Shown here one piece after another: positions 29,369 through 39,164 of a stretch of DNA of 64,000 nt. The translations under genes were made by a program, and so were the position numbers. Under the pieces are notes generated by a model, which worked only from the letters and a program-made list of their open reading frames with translations, searched no databases and was not told the DNA's origin. Origin of the DNA: Tepidisphaera sp. (GTDB taxonomy: Bacteria > Planctomycetota > Phycisphaerae > Phycisphaerales > UBA1924). The DNA lies in contig CP051526.1 in the NCBI GenBank assembly GCA_050916045.1, forward strand, positions 2,912,001 to 2,976,000, in the 5' to 3' direction. How positions within the stretch are numbered: the stretch's first letter is position 1; each line of letters begins with the position of its first letter.

Positions 29369-30697
29369 ATGTCACGCGTCGCCCTCATCCTCGTCCTGGC
29401 CGTGACCGCCATCCTCTCGGTGGTCGCCGCGGTCGTGCTCCGCTCGCCACCCGCCGTCACCGATCCCCGTCTCGCCCCCTTCGAGGTTCAATCGGTCACC
29501 CGGATCGAGATCGAGCGCGGCGGCGTCAAAGCGGCTTTCGTCCGAGACGCTCGCTCCGCCGCGTGGACGTTCGAGAGCACGCCCCCGGTCGGCGCGCCGC
29601 TCGTGTGGCCCGGAGACGCCACCGCCATCACCGCGGCGCTCGCGACACTCGCTTCGACCGAGCACCTCGGCGTCGTGGAACCCCTCTCGACTCCGCCGGC
29701 GGCGCGGGTCGTCGTGACGACACCCAAGGAGTCCATCACCTACGCGCTCGGTTCCTCCGCGCTCGGCGGCCGCACGGCGATCGAAGTGACGCAAAGCGGG
29801 ACCACACGCACCTTCGCCGCGGCTTCGGATGTTCTCGCCGCCCTCACCAGCTCCGCTTCACCGCTTCTCGAACCCGCCGCGCTCCGCTGGCCGTCGGAAC
29901 CAACGAAGCTGACGCTCGCACGCGAGGATCGCTCGATCACTCTGGAGCGTTCGGGCCGCGGGTGGCGGATCACCGCACCGATCACGGCCGCGGCCGATCG
30001 CAAGACCGTCGCCGAGTTGCAAGCCGCGCTCACCAACCTGCGCATGGAGAGCATCTCCTCCGTTGCCTCGGGCTTGCAGGACAAACCCGCTCTCACCATC
30101 ACCATCGAGTCCGGGCCCGCGGGCGCGACGTTCACGCAGACAATCGCCTTCGCCAGTTCTTCAGGCTCGCAAGCCACCGTCATCCACCCAGCCGGGTCCG
30201 CCAAACTCGCGCTCCGTACGCCGGACCTCGAACCGATCTTCGTTGACCTCAAAGCTCTGCTCGCCAAGCAGGCTATCGAACGCCCGGCCGCCGACATCAC
30301 GGCGTTGCTGCTTCTCAAACCCGGCGATGAACTCACCGAGCCGCGGGCAATCTCCCGCGATGCCGATCGCTGGAAACTCGCGGGCAAGCCGCTTCCCGAA
30401 GCAGACACCGCCACGCTCACCGCGCTGCTCGAAACGCTCTGCACCACACCCGCCGCTGCGACGCTTCTCGAGATCCCGACCGATTTCGAGCCCATCGCCA
30501 AAGTCCGCCTCCGCACGCTTCAGGAGAACCGGCTCGCCGATCTCGCGATCGGACTGAGCACTCCGCAAGCCGCGGCGGCAGGGGGCGTGAGCCGCAAGGT
30601 CCTCACGATCATCAGCAGCGACGGAGCGATCGCTCGTCTCTACCCCGTCAGCGGCGAAGATCCGATGCTCGCGTTCCTCCGGGCGAACCTGCCATGA
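29369..30697 (+). CDS. DUF4340-like exported protein
   Basis: N-terminal TM; repeated 'i.leR.g..W.it.P....AD...v..l...l..l' units. Confidence 0.65.
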   Translation: MSRVALILVLAVTAILSVVAAVVLRSPPAVTDPRLAPFEVQSVTRIEIERGGVKAAFVRDARSAAWTFESTPPVGAPLVWPGDATAITAALATLASTEHLGVVEPLSTPPAARVVVTTPKESITYALGSSALGGRTAIEVTQSGTTRTFAAASDVLAALTSSASPLLEPAALRWPSEPTKLTLAREDRSITLERSGRGWRITAPITAAADRKTVAELQAALTNLRMESISSVASGLQDKPALTITIESGPAGATFTQTIAFASSSGSQATVIHPAGSAKLALRTPDLEPIFVDLKALLAKQAIERPAADITALLLLKPGDELTEPRAISRDADRWKLAGKPLPEADTATLTALLETLCTTPAAATLLEIPTDFEPIAKVRLRTLQENRLADLAIGLSTPQAAAAGGVSRKVLTIISSDGAIARLYPVSGEDPMLAFLRANLP

Positions 30698-31584
30698 ACC
30701 TCCGCATCGCGATCGTCCTTCCGTGCGTGACGCTGGCGATGCTCGCAAGCTGCGAGCGTCCGGCACCGAAACCCACGGCCACCGACACGGCTTCCACCGC
30801 GCCGGCAGCCACGCCCGCCGAAACCTTGCACACACCGCCGGCTCCGACGCCGACAGCTCCTGCCATCGAGCCGCAGCCCGCCAAGCCCGTCTTTCTGCCC
30901 TCGAAGCACGGCTTCGCGTTCGTCAATGCCTTCCGCGGCTCACCGCTCCCACCGAGCTTGCGCGGCCTCAAGTCTGTGCTCGGTTCGCAGGTCCCCGAGC
31001 GATTCGGCCTCTGCGGCGGGATGTGCATGGCCGCCGCGGATTTCTTCCACGCTTCGGTCGAGATCCCAAGCGACGCCGTGCCGCCGGTCGAGGGCGATCC
31101 GCTGTACCAGTACCTCTATGACCGCCAGCTCGACTCCTTCGGCGGGATCGCGCTCCCCCTCCGCGTACTCCAACTGATGGCCGCGCCCGATGCGGGCCCC
31201 GACGGCTTGCAAGCCCTGACCGCCAAGGAGCTCCCCCGCATCCGCGAGAAAGTCGCAAGCGGCGACCTCGTCCCGATCTGCATCATCCTCGGCAAAGCCG
31301 ACGGCCGGTCCAAACCGTGGGACAACCACCAGATCCTCATCTACGCCGACGCCACCTCCGACGAAGCCGCTCCCGTCCTCCGGGTCTACGACCCCAATTT
31401 CCCCAAGGACGACCTCGCGACGCTCACCTTTGCCAAGACCGACGACGGCTGGACGACGCTTCTGCAAGCCCACCGGCCCGGGCGACCCAAGCCCACCGAG
31501 ATCAAGGTGCGAGGCCTCTTCCTCACCCCGTACACGCCTCGAACGCCGTCGTCCGCTCCGACCAAGAAAAAGTCCGCCGACTGA
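30694..31584 (+). CDS. lipoprotein with possible papain-like Cys-His-Asp triad
   Basis: Lipobox LASC, Pro/Thr linker, GLCGGM, NHQILIY, VYDPN; ATGA overlap with the previous gene. Confidence 0.6.
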   Translation: MNLRIAIVLPCVTLAMLASCERPAPKPTATDTASTAPAATPAETLHTPPAPTPTAPAIEPQPAKPVFLPSKHGFAFVNAFRGSPLPPSLRGLKSVLGSQVPERFGLCGGMCMAAADFFHASVEIPSDAVPPVEGDPLYQYLYDRQLDSFGGIALPLRVLQLMAAPDAGPDGLQALTAKELPRIREKVASGDLVPICIILGKADGRSKPWDNHQILIYADATSDEAAPVLRVYDPNFPKDDLATLTFAKTDDGWTTLLQAHRPGRPKPTEIKVRGLFLTPYTPRTPSSAPTKKKSAD

Positions 31585-31811
31585 CCCGACGCCGCAATCC
31601 GCAGGCACCGACGGGCGTTGAGCCCCTGCTTCCACAAGACCCATTTCGCTCCGGCCCCGGATCCGGAGTGACGCAACGCCCGCAGTGTCTGATCGACAAT
31701 GCGGGCGACTTTTTTGGGCTTGGGGTCGCCCGGTGCGGTTCCCCACCAGCGCCCGGCCCCACCTCGGCCCCAACCCACCCCCACCACGACCGACCCACTA
31801 CCATCCCGCCA

Positions 31812-32552
31812 ATGAGTTCCGACGCGCTCGAAGTTCAGCCCGAAGCCCAAGCACCCCTCGGCCCGACCGCCGAGTCACTCGCTCCCTCGATCGAAGCGGC
31901 GCTGCTCAGTCTCGAACGTCCCGCCGGCCATGAACGCCTGGCCGTCGCCCTCGGCCTGATCGCGCCCGACGCCGACGATGAGCCCGCGTCCGCGCCCGAG
32001 CCCATGCCGGAGCCGACCGCCGAGAGCAACCCCGAGAGCGCGGACCCCGCGCCGCAGCCGCCCGCTCGCCGGCGTTCGACCAAAGCAACCGCCGCCGCGA
32101 AAGCCCGCCGCGAGGCGCTCGTCGAAGCATCCGCGCTCATCGATGCCGCGATCGCGCACCTTAACGAAACCTACGCCGCGACGGGCCGCAGCTTCCGCAT
32201 CGAACACGTCTCCGGCGGGTTCCGCGTCATGACGCTTCCCGCCTACGCAAGCGTCGTCGCCGCCATCCACGCCAACCGAGCCCAGACCAAGCTCACCAAA
32301 GCCGCCGTCGAAGCCCTCGCCATCATCGCGTACAAGCAGCCCATCACGCGGGCTCAGCTCGAAGCCATCCGCGGCGTCGCCTGCGGCGAGGTCCTCCGCT
32401 CGCTCATGGACCGCCGCTTGGTCACCATCAAGGGCCGGTCGGAAGAGCTCGGCCGCCCGATCCTCTACGCGACCAGCAAGCAGTTCCTCGACCACTTCGG
32501 CCTGGCTTCGATCGCGGACCTGCCCACGCTCACCGAACTCAAGCCCGTCTGA
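31812..32552 (+). CDS. scpB: SMC-Scp complex subunit ScpB
   Basis: EALAIIAYKQPITRAQLEAIRGV, GRPILYATSKQFLDHFGL. Confidence 0.95.
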   Translation: MSSDALEVQPEAQAPLGPTAESLAPSIEAALLSLERPAGHERLAVALGLIAPDADDEPASAPEPMPEPTAESNPESADPAPQPPARRRSTKATAAAKARREALVEASALIDAAIAHLNETYAATGRSFRIEHVSGGFRVMTLPAYASVVAAIHANRAQTKLTKAAVEALAIIAYKQPITRAQLEAIRGVACGEVLRSLMDRRLVTIKGRSEELGRPILYATSKQFLDHFGLASIADLPTLTELKPV

Positions 32553-32567
32553 CCGCGAGGCATCACG

Positions 32568-33998
32568 GTGCGAAAGACTCCCAGATTGCAAGCCGTTCCG
32601 CTGATCGCGATCGCTCTGCTCGCGGGGACACACGCCGCGCTCGCGCAGCCTGAACTGCCGAACCCCGCGGCACCCGTGAAAGCCCCGCCGTCGATCCCGG
32701 ATGCGCTGGAGATTCTCCACAAAGCCTACCGGTCCGGCCCCGTCGCCGACCGGATCGTCGTCAAAGCGACCGACGCCGCCGGCAAGGAAAGACGCGTTCA
32801 GGTCGTCGTCTACACCGACGTGGGCGAGACGCCCAAAGCACCAGCTCCGACCAAGGAAGCTCTCGGAAGCGACCCGACCGCGACCGTGCCCAAGCCGCGG
32901 CCCGCCCAGTTCCGCATCGACCTCGCGCAGCTCCACGTGCACGTGCAGGATGCGACGCTGACCGCGATCAACCTCTTTGACCGCACGACGTACTTCCGCA
33001 CGCCGTGCGACGCTTCGCCGCTGAAGGCGCTGGCGGCGAACTTCCCGCCGGTGCCGGTGCCGCAGATAGAGTTCGCGTACGCGGCGGACACGCTTCTCGG
33101 TTCGCCCACGCCGTTGACGACCGGCGCGACGTGGACGAGCATCGAGTCGGGCGTCGAGGTCGGTCGCCCGATGCTGATCCTCAAGGGTTCTTCGCCGGGT
33201 GCGACGCTGACGCTCGCGTTCGACCGCCAGACCAACCGCCTCCGCCGGTTCACCGCCGAGTTCGCGGGCGCGGTGGGGAGCGGGCTCGCCAAGCTTGAAC
33301 TGACGAGCTCTCCGGCCGACGCGGGGGTGGCGAAGAACTGGCTGCTGCCCGTGGATGGGCGGACGCTTGTGGACTCGCCCGCTCTTCTAGTCCCGCCGCG
33401 CTCGGGCCTGGCCGAGGGCTCCTCGATCAAGCACGCTTCGCTGATGACGCGCGAGCTGGCGCCGATGACGCCCGAGTCGCTCTTTGACCAGGGCTCCGAC
33501 GCGGCCGCTCCGCAAGCCGTGGCGCTGGTGACCTTTCGAAGCGAGGCTGTTCCCGACGGTGAAGGCTCGGAGGATCTGGCCGCCGCGATCTCAGCTGCTT
33601 GCGAAGCCGTCAAGATCAAGGGCGGCCGGGCGGGCGTCATCGGTCTGCTTGGCAAGGGCACGCTGGATCCCGAGCAGATCGAGAAGCTCACGGCGCGTCT
33701 AACCGCGCTGGCGACCGATCGCGGCGTGGCCGGCGGGTTCGCGAGCTTGCTGACGGCTTCGGAGGTCCTGAGCATCGAGCGCGGCGGCCAGCCTGTGGAG
33801 ACAGCGATCATCGTCGTGGGGCCCGACCTCAAGGTGCTGGGCGTGGTGGTCGCCGACGACCGCGCGGACGAGAGCGCCAAGCTTCAAGCCGAGGTCGAGT
33901 CGTTCCTGTCGCAGGCCGGGCCGAGTGTTCCGACGGGGAAACCGGCGGACCCCAAAGACAAACCGAGCGAACCCAAAGGTTCGCCCGGCGTGAAGTGA
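32568..33998 (+). CDS. secreted hypothetical protein (possible LolA-like plus degenerate thioredoxin-like domains)
   Basis: Signal peptide ALA-Q; coding-like composition; the fold guess is weak. Confidence 0.6.
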   Translation: MRKTPRLQAVPLIAIALLAGTHAALAQPELPNPAAPVKAPPSIPDALEILHKAYRSGPVADRIVVKATDAAGKERRVQVVVYTDVGETPKAPAPTKEALGSDPTATVPKPRPAQFRIDLAQLHVHVQDATLTAINLFDRTTYFRTPCDASPLKALAANFPPVPVPQIEFAYAADTLLGSPTPLTTGATWTSIESGVEVGRPMLILKGSSPGATLTLAFDRQTNRLRRFTAEFAGAVGSGLAKLELTSSPADAGVAKNWLLPVDGRTLVDSPALLVPPRSGLAEGSSIKHASLMTRELAPMTPESLFDQGSDAAAPQAVALVTFRSEAVPDGEGSEDLAAAISAACEAVKIKGGRAGVIGLLGKGTLDPEQIEKLTARLTALATDRGVAGGFASLLTASEVLSIERGGQPVETAIIVVGPDLKVLGVVVADDRADESAKLQAEVESFLSQAGPSVPTGKPADPKDKPSEPKGSPGVK

Positions 33999-34086
33999 TC
34001 TCTGGTTGACCCGCGGGATCGGGAAGAGCTGAATCAAGCTCGTCGTTCGCGCGGGGTCTGGTTCGCGGGGTTTGGCAGGCCGTCTT

Positions 34087-35106
34087 TCAACTGGCCTGCG
34101 CCCGAGGGTGGGCTTTGTTGTACGCCTCCTGCACGCGGCCGGTCGAGAGGTGCGTGTAGACCTGGGTGGTGCTCAGCGACTGGTGGCCGAGCAGTTCCTG
34201 GACGCTCCGCAGATCCGCGCCGTTGTCGAGGAGGTGCGTCGCGAAGGTGTGGCGGAGGGTGTGGGGGCTGATGGTCGGATCAAGGCCGACCTGCTTGAGG
34301 TACTTGTCGAGCTTGCGGCGGACCGAGCGGCTGGAAAGCCGGCCGGTGTGCTTGTTGACGAAGAGGGGCTTCTTCGCGACATCGGCGCTCGAGGCGTAGC
34401 GGGGCTCTTCGCGGAGCTTCTCGAGGTAGCGAGCGATCGCGGCCAGAGCGTGGCTGCCCAGGGGGACGATGCGTTCCTTCTTGCCCTTGCCGCGGACGTG
34501 GAGGGCTTCGGCGCCAAGGTCCAGGTCCTCGGAGTTGAGGCCGACGAGTTCGCTGACGCGGAGACCGGTCGAGTAGAGGGTTTCGAGCATCGCGCGGTCG
34601 CGGCGGCCGAGGACGTCGGCATCGCCGGGAGCGGCGAGGAGGCGCTCGACCTGTTCGATCGTGATGGCTTTGGGCAGGCGCTTGGCTTGGCGGGGCGTGC
34701 GGATGACGGTGAGGGGGTTGATGCCGGAGGCGCCGCGTCGCTCGGCCCACTTGTAGAAGGAGCGGAGCGTGGCGATCTTGCGGGCCATGGTGGCGGCGGA
34801 GTACTGCTGTTCACCGAGGAACGCGAGGAAGCCGCGGATGGTTTCGCTCGAGGCTTTCCGGATCGTCTCGGTGACGGTCGCGGTCTTGGTGCCGGGGGTG
34901 AGCGTCTGGCCGCGTTCGATGTTCGCGCGGGCCGCGGCGGTCTCCTTCGCGGGGTCGACGGAGATGCCGAGTTCATCGATGAGGTATTCGGTGAACTGGC
35001 GGAGGTCCGCGCCGTAGCAGCGGGCGGTGTACGGGCTGAAGTGCTTCTCGTCGGCGAGGAACTTCGTGAAATCGTCGATGATCGCAAGCGAAACGTTGTT
35101 CTGCAT
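34087..35106 (-). CDS. xerC: tyrosine recombinase XerC
   Basis: SPYTARCYGADL, TGLRVSEL, GKGKKER, SPHTLRHTFATHLL, LLGH..LSTTQVYTH. Confidence 0.9.
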   Translation of the reverse strand: MQNNVSLAIIDDFTKFLADEKHFSPYTARCYGADLRQFTEYLIDELGISVDPAKETAAARANIERGQTLTPGTKTATVTETIRKASSETIRGFLAFLGEQQYSAATMARKIATLRSFYKWAERRGASGINPLTVIRTPRQAKRLPKAITIEQVERLLAAPGDADVLGRRDRAMLETLYSTGLRVSELVGLNSEDLDLGAEALHVRGKGKKERIVPLGSHALAAIARYLEKLREEPRYASSADVAKKPLFVNKHTGRLSSRSVRRKLDKYLKQVGLDPTISPHTLRHTFATHLLDNGADLRSVQELLGHQSLSTTQVYTHLSTGRVQEAYNKAHPRAQAS

Positions 35107-35202
35107 TGATCGGCTCCTGATCTTCTTTCCCGGGCCACCATCCCGGCTTTGCCCCGTCCTTGGGACACCCTACCTATCGGTCCATTGGGTACCGCCCGTG
35201 AT

Positions 35203-35469
35203 TCAGAGTATACCTTCCTTTTTCCGAACAACCTCGACCGAGGTCCCGTTCCGGATCTCGTGGGCGATGAGGGCGAGATCCACCCAATCAAGGCCCCTGC
35301 CCTGCCGCATGATGTCGCGGACCGCTTCGATCATGGCGGCTTCGTCGCCGCCGACGTACCGGAATCTCCACTGGTGCTCCCCTTTGCGGAAGACGACCTC
35401 GAAGACGTCGATTCCGGGGACGCGCGATTCCACTGGTGCGCTACGAGGGGTACGTGGCTTTGGATCCAT
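35203..35469 (-). CDS. small hypothetical protein
   Basis: Operon-like spacing (3 bp after the upstream gene); FRKGEHQWRFRY..LDWVDLALI. Confidence 0.65.
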   Translation of the reverse strand: MDPKPRTPRSAPVESRVPGIDVFEVVFRKGEHQWRFRYVGGDEAAMIEAVRDIMRQGRGLDWVDLALIAHEIRNGTSVEVVRKKEGIL

Positions 35470-35472
35470 GAC

Positions 35473-36303
35473 TTATCGCTCCCCCGGCAGGCCGCCGGAT
35501 GTGAGGTTTACGTTTCCAGAGCGCTGGGCGTTCGCGGTCGGGTTCGCTTCCTGGGACGCGGCGCGGCCGAGGCGAATCCACTCCGACTGCATCAGGCGGG
35601 AGATCGCGAAGCTGGCCGCGAACTCCTCATAAAGCGGCATGGATGCGACGTACCGACGCCAGTTCAGGGCGTCCGTCGGCCTGCTGCGGCCGTCGGCGTA
35701 GGCACGGACATCCATCAGGACCTGATGGTTCTTGCCGTCGAGGTGTTCGGAGACGCTGGCGACGACGCCGTCGCGAGGGCGGGAAGCGGCGGGCGGCTCT
35801 TCGCGGATAGCACCGCGGAGGGCTTTGGCGTCCAGAGCGGTTGAAAGCGTGGCCCCGTCCACGGCCGAGCCGGGCTTGGCGTAGAGGATCATGGAGATGC
35901 CCATGGTGGGCGCGTAGGGGTCGTAGGCGGTGATGCTTCCGGCGAGGACGCCGTCGACGTTGAGGGTGCGGGCGAGGGCCGCGAGGTCGCCTGGCGAGTT
36001 GAGGCTCGTCATTTTGAGCGCACGCATGGCTTCGATCGTGCGGTTGAGGGGCAGGCAGCGGATGCCGCGGACCTGCTCGGCGGCGGCGACGACCTTGTCG
36101 CTGACGACGAGCGGATCAAACCCGGTGGTGCCGGACTCGTTGGCGAAGGGCACGACGGCCCAAAGCACTTCGCCGGGAGCTTCGTAGGGCGAGAGCGTGA
36201 TCTGGGGAGCGGTCAGGGGTGCCTGGGGCGTTGAGCACCCCGTGAGACAGACCGCCGAACCGACGCTTGCCACCGAAGCCAAGATGAACCGCCTGATCGT
36301 CAC
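35473..36303 (-). CDS. lipoprotein, possibly LpoB/CsgG/TolB-N-like alpha/beta fold
   Basis: GTG start after GGAGG; lipobox LTGC; WAVVPFANESG..LARTLNVDGVLAGSITAYDPY. Confidence 0.65.
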   Translation of the reverse strand: MTIRRFILASVASVGSAVCLTGCSTPQAPLTAPQITLSPYEAPGEVLWAVVPFANESGTTGFDPLVVSDKVVAAAEQVRGIRCLPLNRTIEAMRALKMTSLNSPGDLAALARTLNVDGVLAGSITAYDPYAPTMGISMILYAKPGSAVDGATLSTALDAKALRGAIREEPPAASRPRDGVVASVSEHLDGKNHQVLMDVRAYADGRSRPTDALNWRRYVASMPLYEEFAASFAISRLMQSEWIRLGRAASQEANPTANAQRSGNVNLTSGGLPGER

Positions 36304-36384
36304 CGCTGGGCCTCCTTGCCCGACGCCGCAATGCTCGTCCTGAGCGTGGTGCGTCCGCGATAACAACCCTCATCAGCGGGGTTT

Positions 36385-37785
36385 TCATTCAGGAGATTCG
36401 GCGGGATCGGTGTTTTCCGGGGCCGTGGCGGTGCTCGTTGTGGGGGTTTCGGGGGTCGTTTCGGCCGGCTTGGCGTCCTGAGCGGCGACCGGGGTGGCCG
36501 AGTTCTTGGCGGCGACCGTGTTCGTGCGCACCTGGTCCATCGCCGCGACCACGGGGGCCATGTCGAGCGACCAGAGGTTCTCGCGGCCGGCTCGCTTGGC
36601 CATGAAGATCATGCTTCCGCTCGCACCCCAGGTGGGCATCATCGCGACAGAGGTGTTCTCGCTGACGCGCATCTTCGCGGTGCCGTCGATGTTTTGCACC
36701 CACAGGCGAGCGGTCACCGGCGGCGCATCCGCCGCGGTCTTCAGTTCGGTCTCGCCGCCGAGGGGCACCTCGCTGTACGCGATGCGCGTGCCGTCGGGGC
36801 TCCAGGTGGGGTTGATGAGCGCCGAGAGCGGGCTGGATGCGAGCTCACTCACGCCCGAGACGCGACCGTCCTTGAAGTCGAGCGTCCAGACGCCGAAGGT
36901 GCGCGTGCCGCGCTCGCGAGCGACCTGGAACAGGAGCTTGTCCGAGCCTTCAACGCCCGTGCCCGCGACCGGGCACCACTGCGGGAACATGCCGTACCCG
37001 AGGAACTGCGAGGAACCGGCGCGGCCGAGCGTGGTGACCCAGAGCTCCCAGCGGCCCGAGACCTCGCCCATACGGCAGTACGAGAGCTTGCTGCCATCAG
37101 GCGACCACGAGGGATGAAGTTCATCGGCGGCGTCGCTGGAGACGCGGACGGCCTGTCCGCCGGTCGCGGGCATCACGAAAATGTCCCAGTTTCCGCCGCG
37201 GTTGCTGGCGAACGCGATGCGCGTGCCGTCGGGGCTGACGGAGGGCATGACATCGTCGGCGGGGTCGCTTGTGAGCTGCGTCACGACCTCGCCGGAGAGC
37301 GACTTGATGTAGAGGTCGGAGGTGTGGCGGTGCTGCGTGCTCGCGAAGACGATGTGCGTGCCGTCGGGCGTGACGACGGGGTCAAAGTCGGCACCGACCT
37401 CGGAGAAGCTGACGCGCTCGACGGGGGAGAAGCCCATGGGCTCAGCTTCGCCGGGCGTGCCGCGCGGAGCGTCGCGGAAGCCGCCGTACGGGTACGGGTT
37501 CATCGCGACGGATTCGGAGGGGGCGACGGGGCGGTCGGTCAGGACCGAAAGCGACGCGATGCTCTTGGCGGAGATCGGCGAGACAGAGTCGTTCGCCGGC
37601 AGGGGCGACTCCGCCTTCGAAAGGGGCTTCGCGACCTGCTTGGTTTCGACCATCGGGCCGTCCGGGTTGCCCCACGCGGTGACCGGGCCTTCGGGCTTGT
37701 CCGAAGCGGTGAAGACCGAGCAGCCGGCGAGCACGGCGAGGCCGCAACCGGCGAGAAGGGACGAAACAGTCGTGTTCTTGGTCAT
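36385..37785 (-). CDS. TolB-like PD40 beta-propeller lipoprotein
   Basis: Lipobox LAGC; repeats PVVTPDG, PSVSPDGTRIAFASNR, PSWSPDG, PTWSPDG. Confidence 0.88.
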   Translation of the reverse strand: MTKNTTVSSLLAGCGLAVLAGCSVFTASDKPEGPVTAWGNPDGPMVETKQVAKPLSKAESPLPANDSVSPISAKSIASLSVLTDRPVAPSESVAMNPYPYGGFRDAPRGTPGEAEPMGFSPVERVSFSEVGADFDPVVTPDGTHIVFASTQHRHTSDLYIKSLSGEVVTQLTSDPADDVMPSVSPDGTRIAFASNRGGNWDIFVMPATGGQAVRVSSDAADELHPSWSPDGSKLSYCRMGEVSGRWELWVTTLGRAGSSQFLGYGMFPQWCPVAGTGVEGSDKLLFQVARERGTRTFGVWTLDFKDGRVSGVSELASSPLSALINPTWSPDGTRIAYSEVPLGGETELKTAADAPPVTARLWVQNIDGTAKMRVSENTSVAMMPTWGASGSMIFMAKRAGRENLWSLDMAPVVAAMDQVRTNTVAAKNSATPVAAQDAKPAETTPETPTTSTATAPENTDPAESPE

Positions 37786-37862
37786 GGTCGTCTCTTGTGT
37801 AAAGGTCAGAACGCGGGCGCGAGCACGTCCGCATCCGGGTATCGACCGGCGCGACGACCGGC

Positions 37863-39146
37863 ATGAGCGGACGAGTGCGCGGAATTTCGGACGCGGAGAT
37901 ACCGGACGTTGCCTCCGGCTACCGTTTCGCCTTGCCGAATCCGAATGACATCATCTCGGGGCTCGCGTGGGCGGGCGGGGCGTGCGGTCTGGTGCTTGTG
38001 ATCTACTGGACGATCGCGCTGGCGCGGATGGCGCGAACGGCCCGGGAGCTTCCGACCGCGCGGGATGGGCTTGCAATCGCCGCGGATCGGAAGCAGTGGC
38101 CGTCGGTGGCGGTCGTGATCCCGGCGCACAACGAAGCACGGGTGATCGGGGAGCTGATCGCGTCGCTCCGCAGCCTCGACTATCCGCGATTCACGGTGAC
38201 GCTTGCGCTGGACCGGTGCACGGACGGGACCGCGGACGCGGCGCGAGCGGCGATCGCGGGGGATGAGCGGTTTCGGATCGTCGAGATCGCGAGCTGTGAG
38301 CCGGGGTGGTCGGGGAAGGTGCACGCGGCGCACATCGGCACGCATGAATCGGGCGCGATGAACGCGGACCTGCTGCTTTTCGCGGACGCGGACACGCTCT
38401 TTGATCCGGGGTGCCTGCGGGCGTGCGTGGCGTTGCTCCAAGCTCGCAAGCTCGACATGCTGAGTTTGCTCTCGACGATGCGGCACGAACGGTGGTATGA
38501 GCTTGTCGTGCAGCCGGTCGCGGGGCTTGAGCTGGTCAAGCAGTATCCGCTCGTGCTCGCGAACGAGCGCGGCGCGGGGCGGCGTGCGTTCGCGAACGGA
38601 CAGTTCATGCTGTTTCGCCGCGACTGCTACGCGCGATTCGGGGGGCATCACGAGGTGCGGAAGGAACTGCTTGAGGATTTGCGGTTCGCGCAGATCCTGG
38701 AGTATTACGGGATGGCGTGCGGGGTGCTCTTGGCGGACGGGATGCTCATCTGCCGGATGTACGACACGTGGGGGCAGTTCGTCAAGGGGTGGAAGCGGAT
38801 CTACACGGAAGCGGCGCACCGCAAGCCGGAACGGCTGGTGCGATTGGGGTGGCGGGTGCGTGGGTCGCTCACGCTTGTTCCGGCTGGCGCGATCGCGGGT
38901 CTGGTGGCGGGGTCGATGACGGGACTCTGGTGGTTGGCGGGGCTCGCAGCGGCGGGGTTGGTGCTTTATGTGGTGGGGATGGTGGCGGTGCAGCGTCTTG
39001 GGCGGGGGCCGTTGTGGGCGGCGCTGGCGACGCCGATCGGCGGTTGGGTTGTGGGCGGGCTTTTGATCGGGGCGGGTCGTGACCTCAAGCGGGGCCGCGG
39101 GGTGGAGTGGGCGGGGATGACGTACGACCGGAGGGGCGGGGCCTGA
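37863..39146 (+). CDS. family 2 glycosyltransferase (CrtQ/HpnB-like membrane type)
   Basis: VVIPAHNEA, GWSGKVHA, FADAD, ANGQF, LEDL, ICRMY; C-terminal TMs; start uncertain. Confidence 0.88.
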   Translation: MSGRVRGISDAEIPDVASGYRFALPNPNDIISGLAWAGGACGLVLVIYWTIALARMARTARELPTARDGLAIAADRKQWPSVAVVIPAHNEARVIGELIASLRSLDYPRFTVTLALDRCTDGTADAARAAIAGDERFRIVEIASCEPGWSGKVHAAHIGTHESGAMNADLLLFADADTLFDPGCLRACVALLQARKLDMLSLLSTMRHERWYELVVQPVAGLELVKQYPLVLANERGAGRRAFANGQFMLFRRDCYARFGGHHEVRKELLEDLRFAQILEYYGMACGVLLADGMLICRMYDTWGQFVKGWKRIYTEAAHRKPERLVRLGWRVRGSLTLVPAGAIAGLVAGSMTGLWWLAGLAAAGLVLYVVGMVAVQRLGRGPLWAALATPIGGWVVGGLLIGAGRDLKRGRGVEWAGMTYDRRGGA

Positions 39147-39164
39147 CGGAATACGATTCGGGCG

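Noticed and set aside
34087..35106. Phage or integron integrase marking a mobile element
   Set aside because: Motifs and size fit housekeeping XerC; no att-flanked cargo, attC array or phage genes nearby; no dif site recognised.
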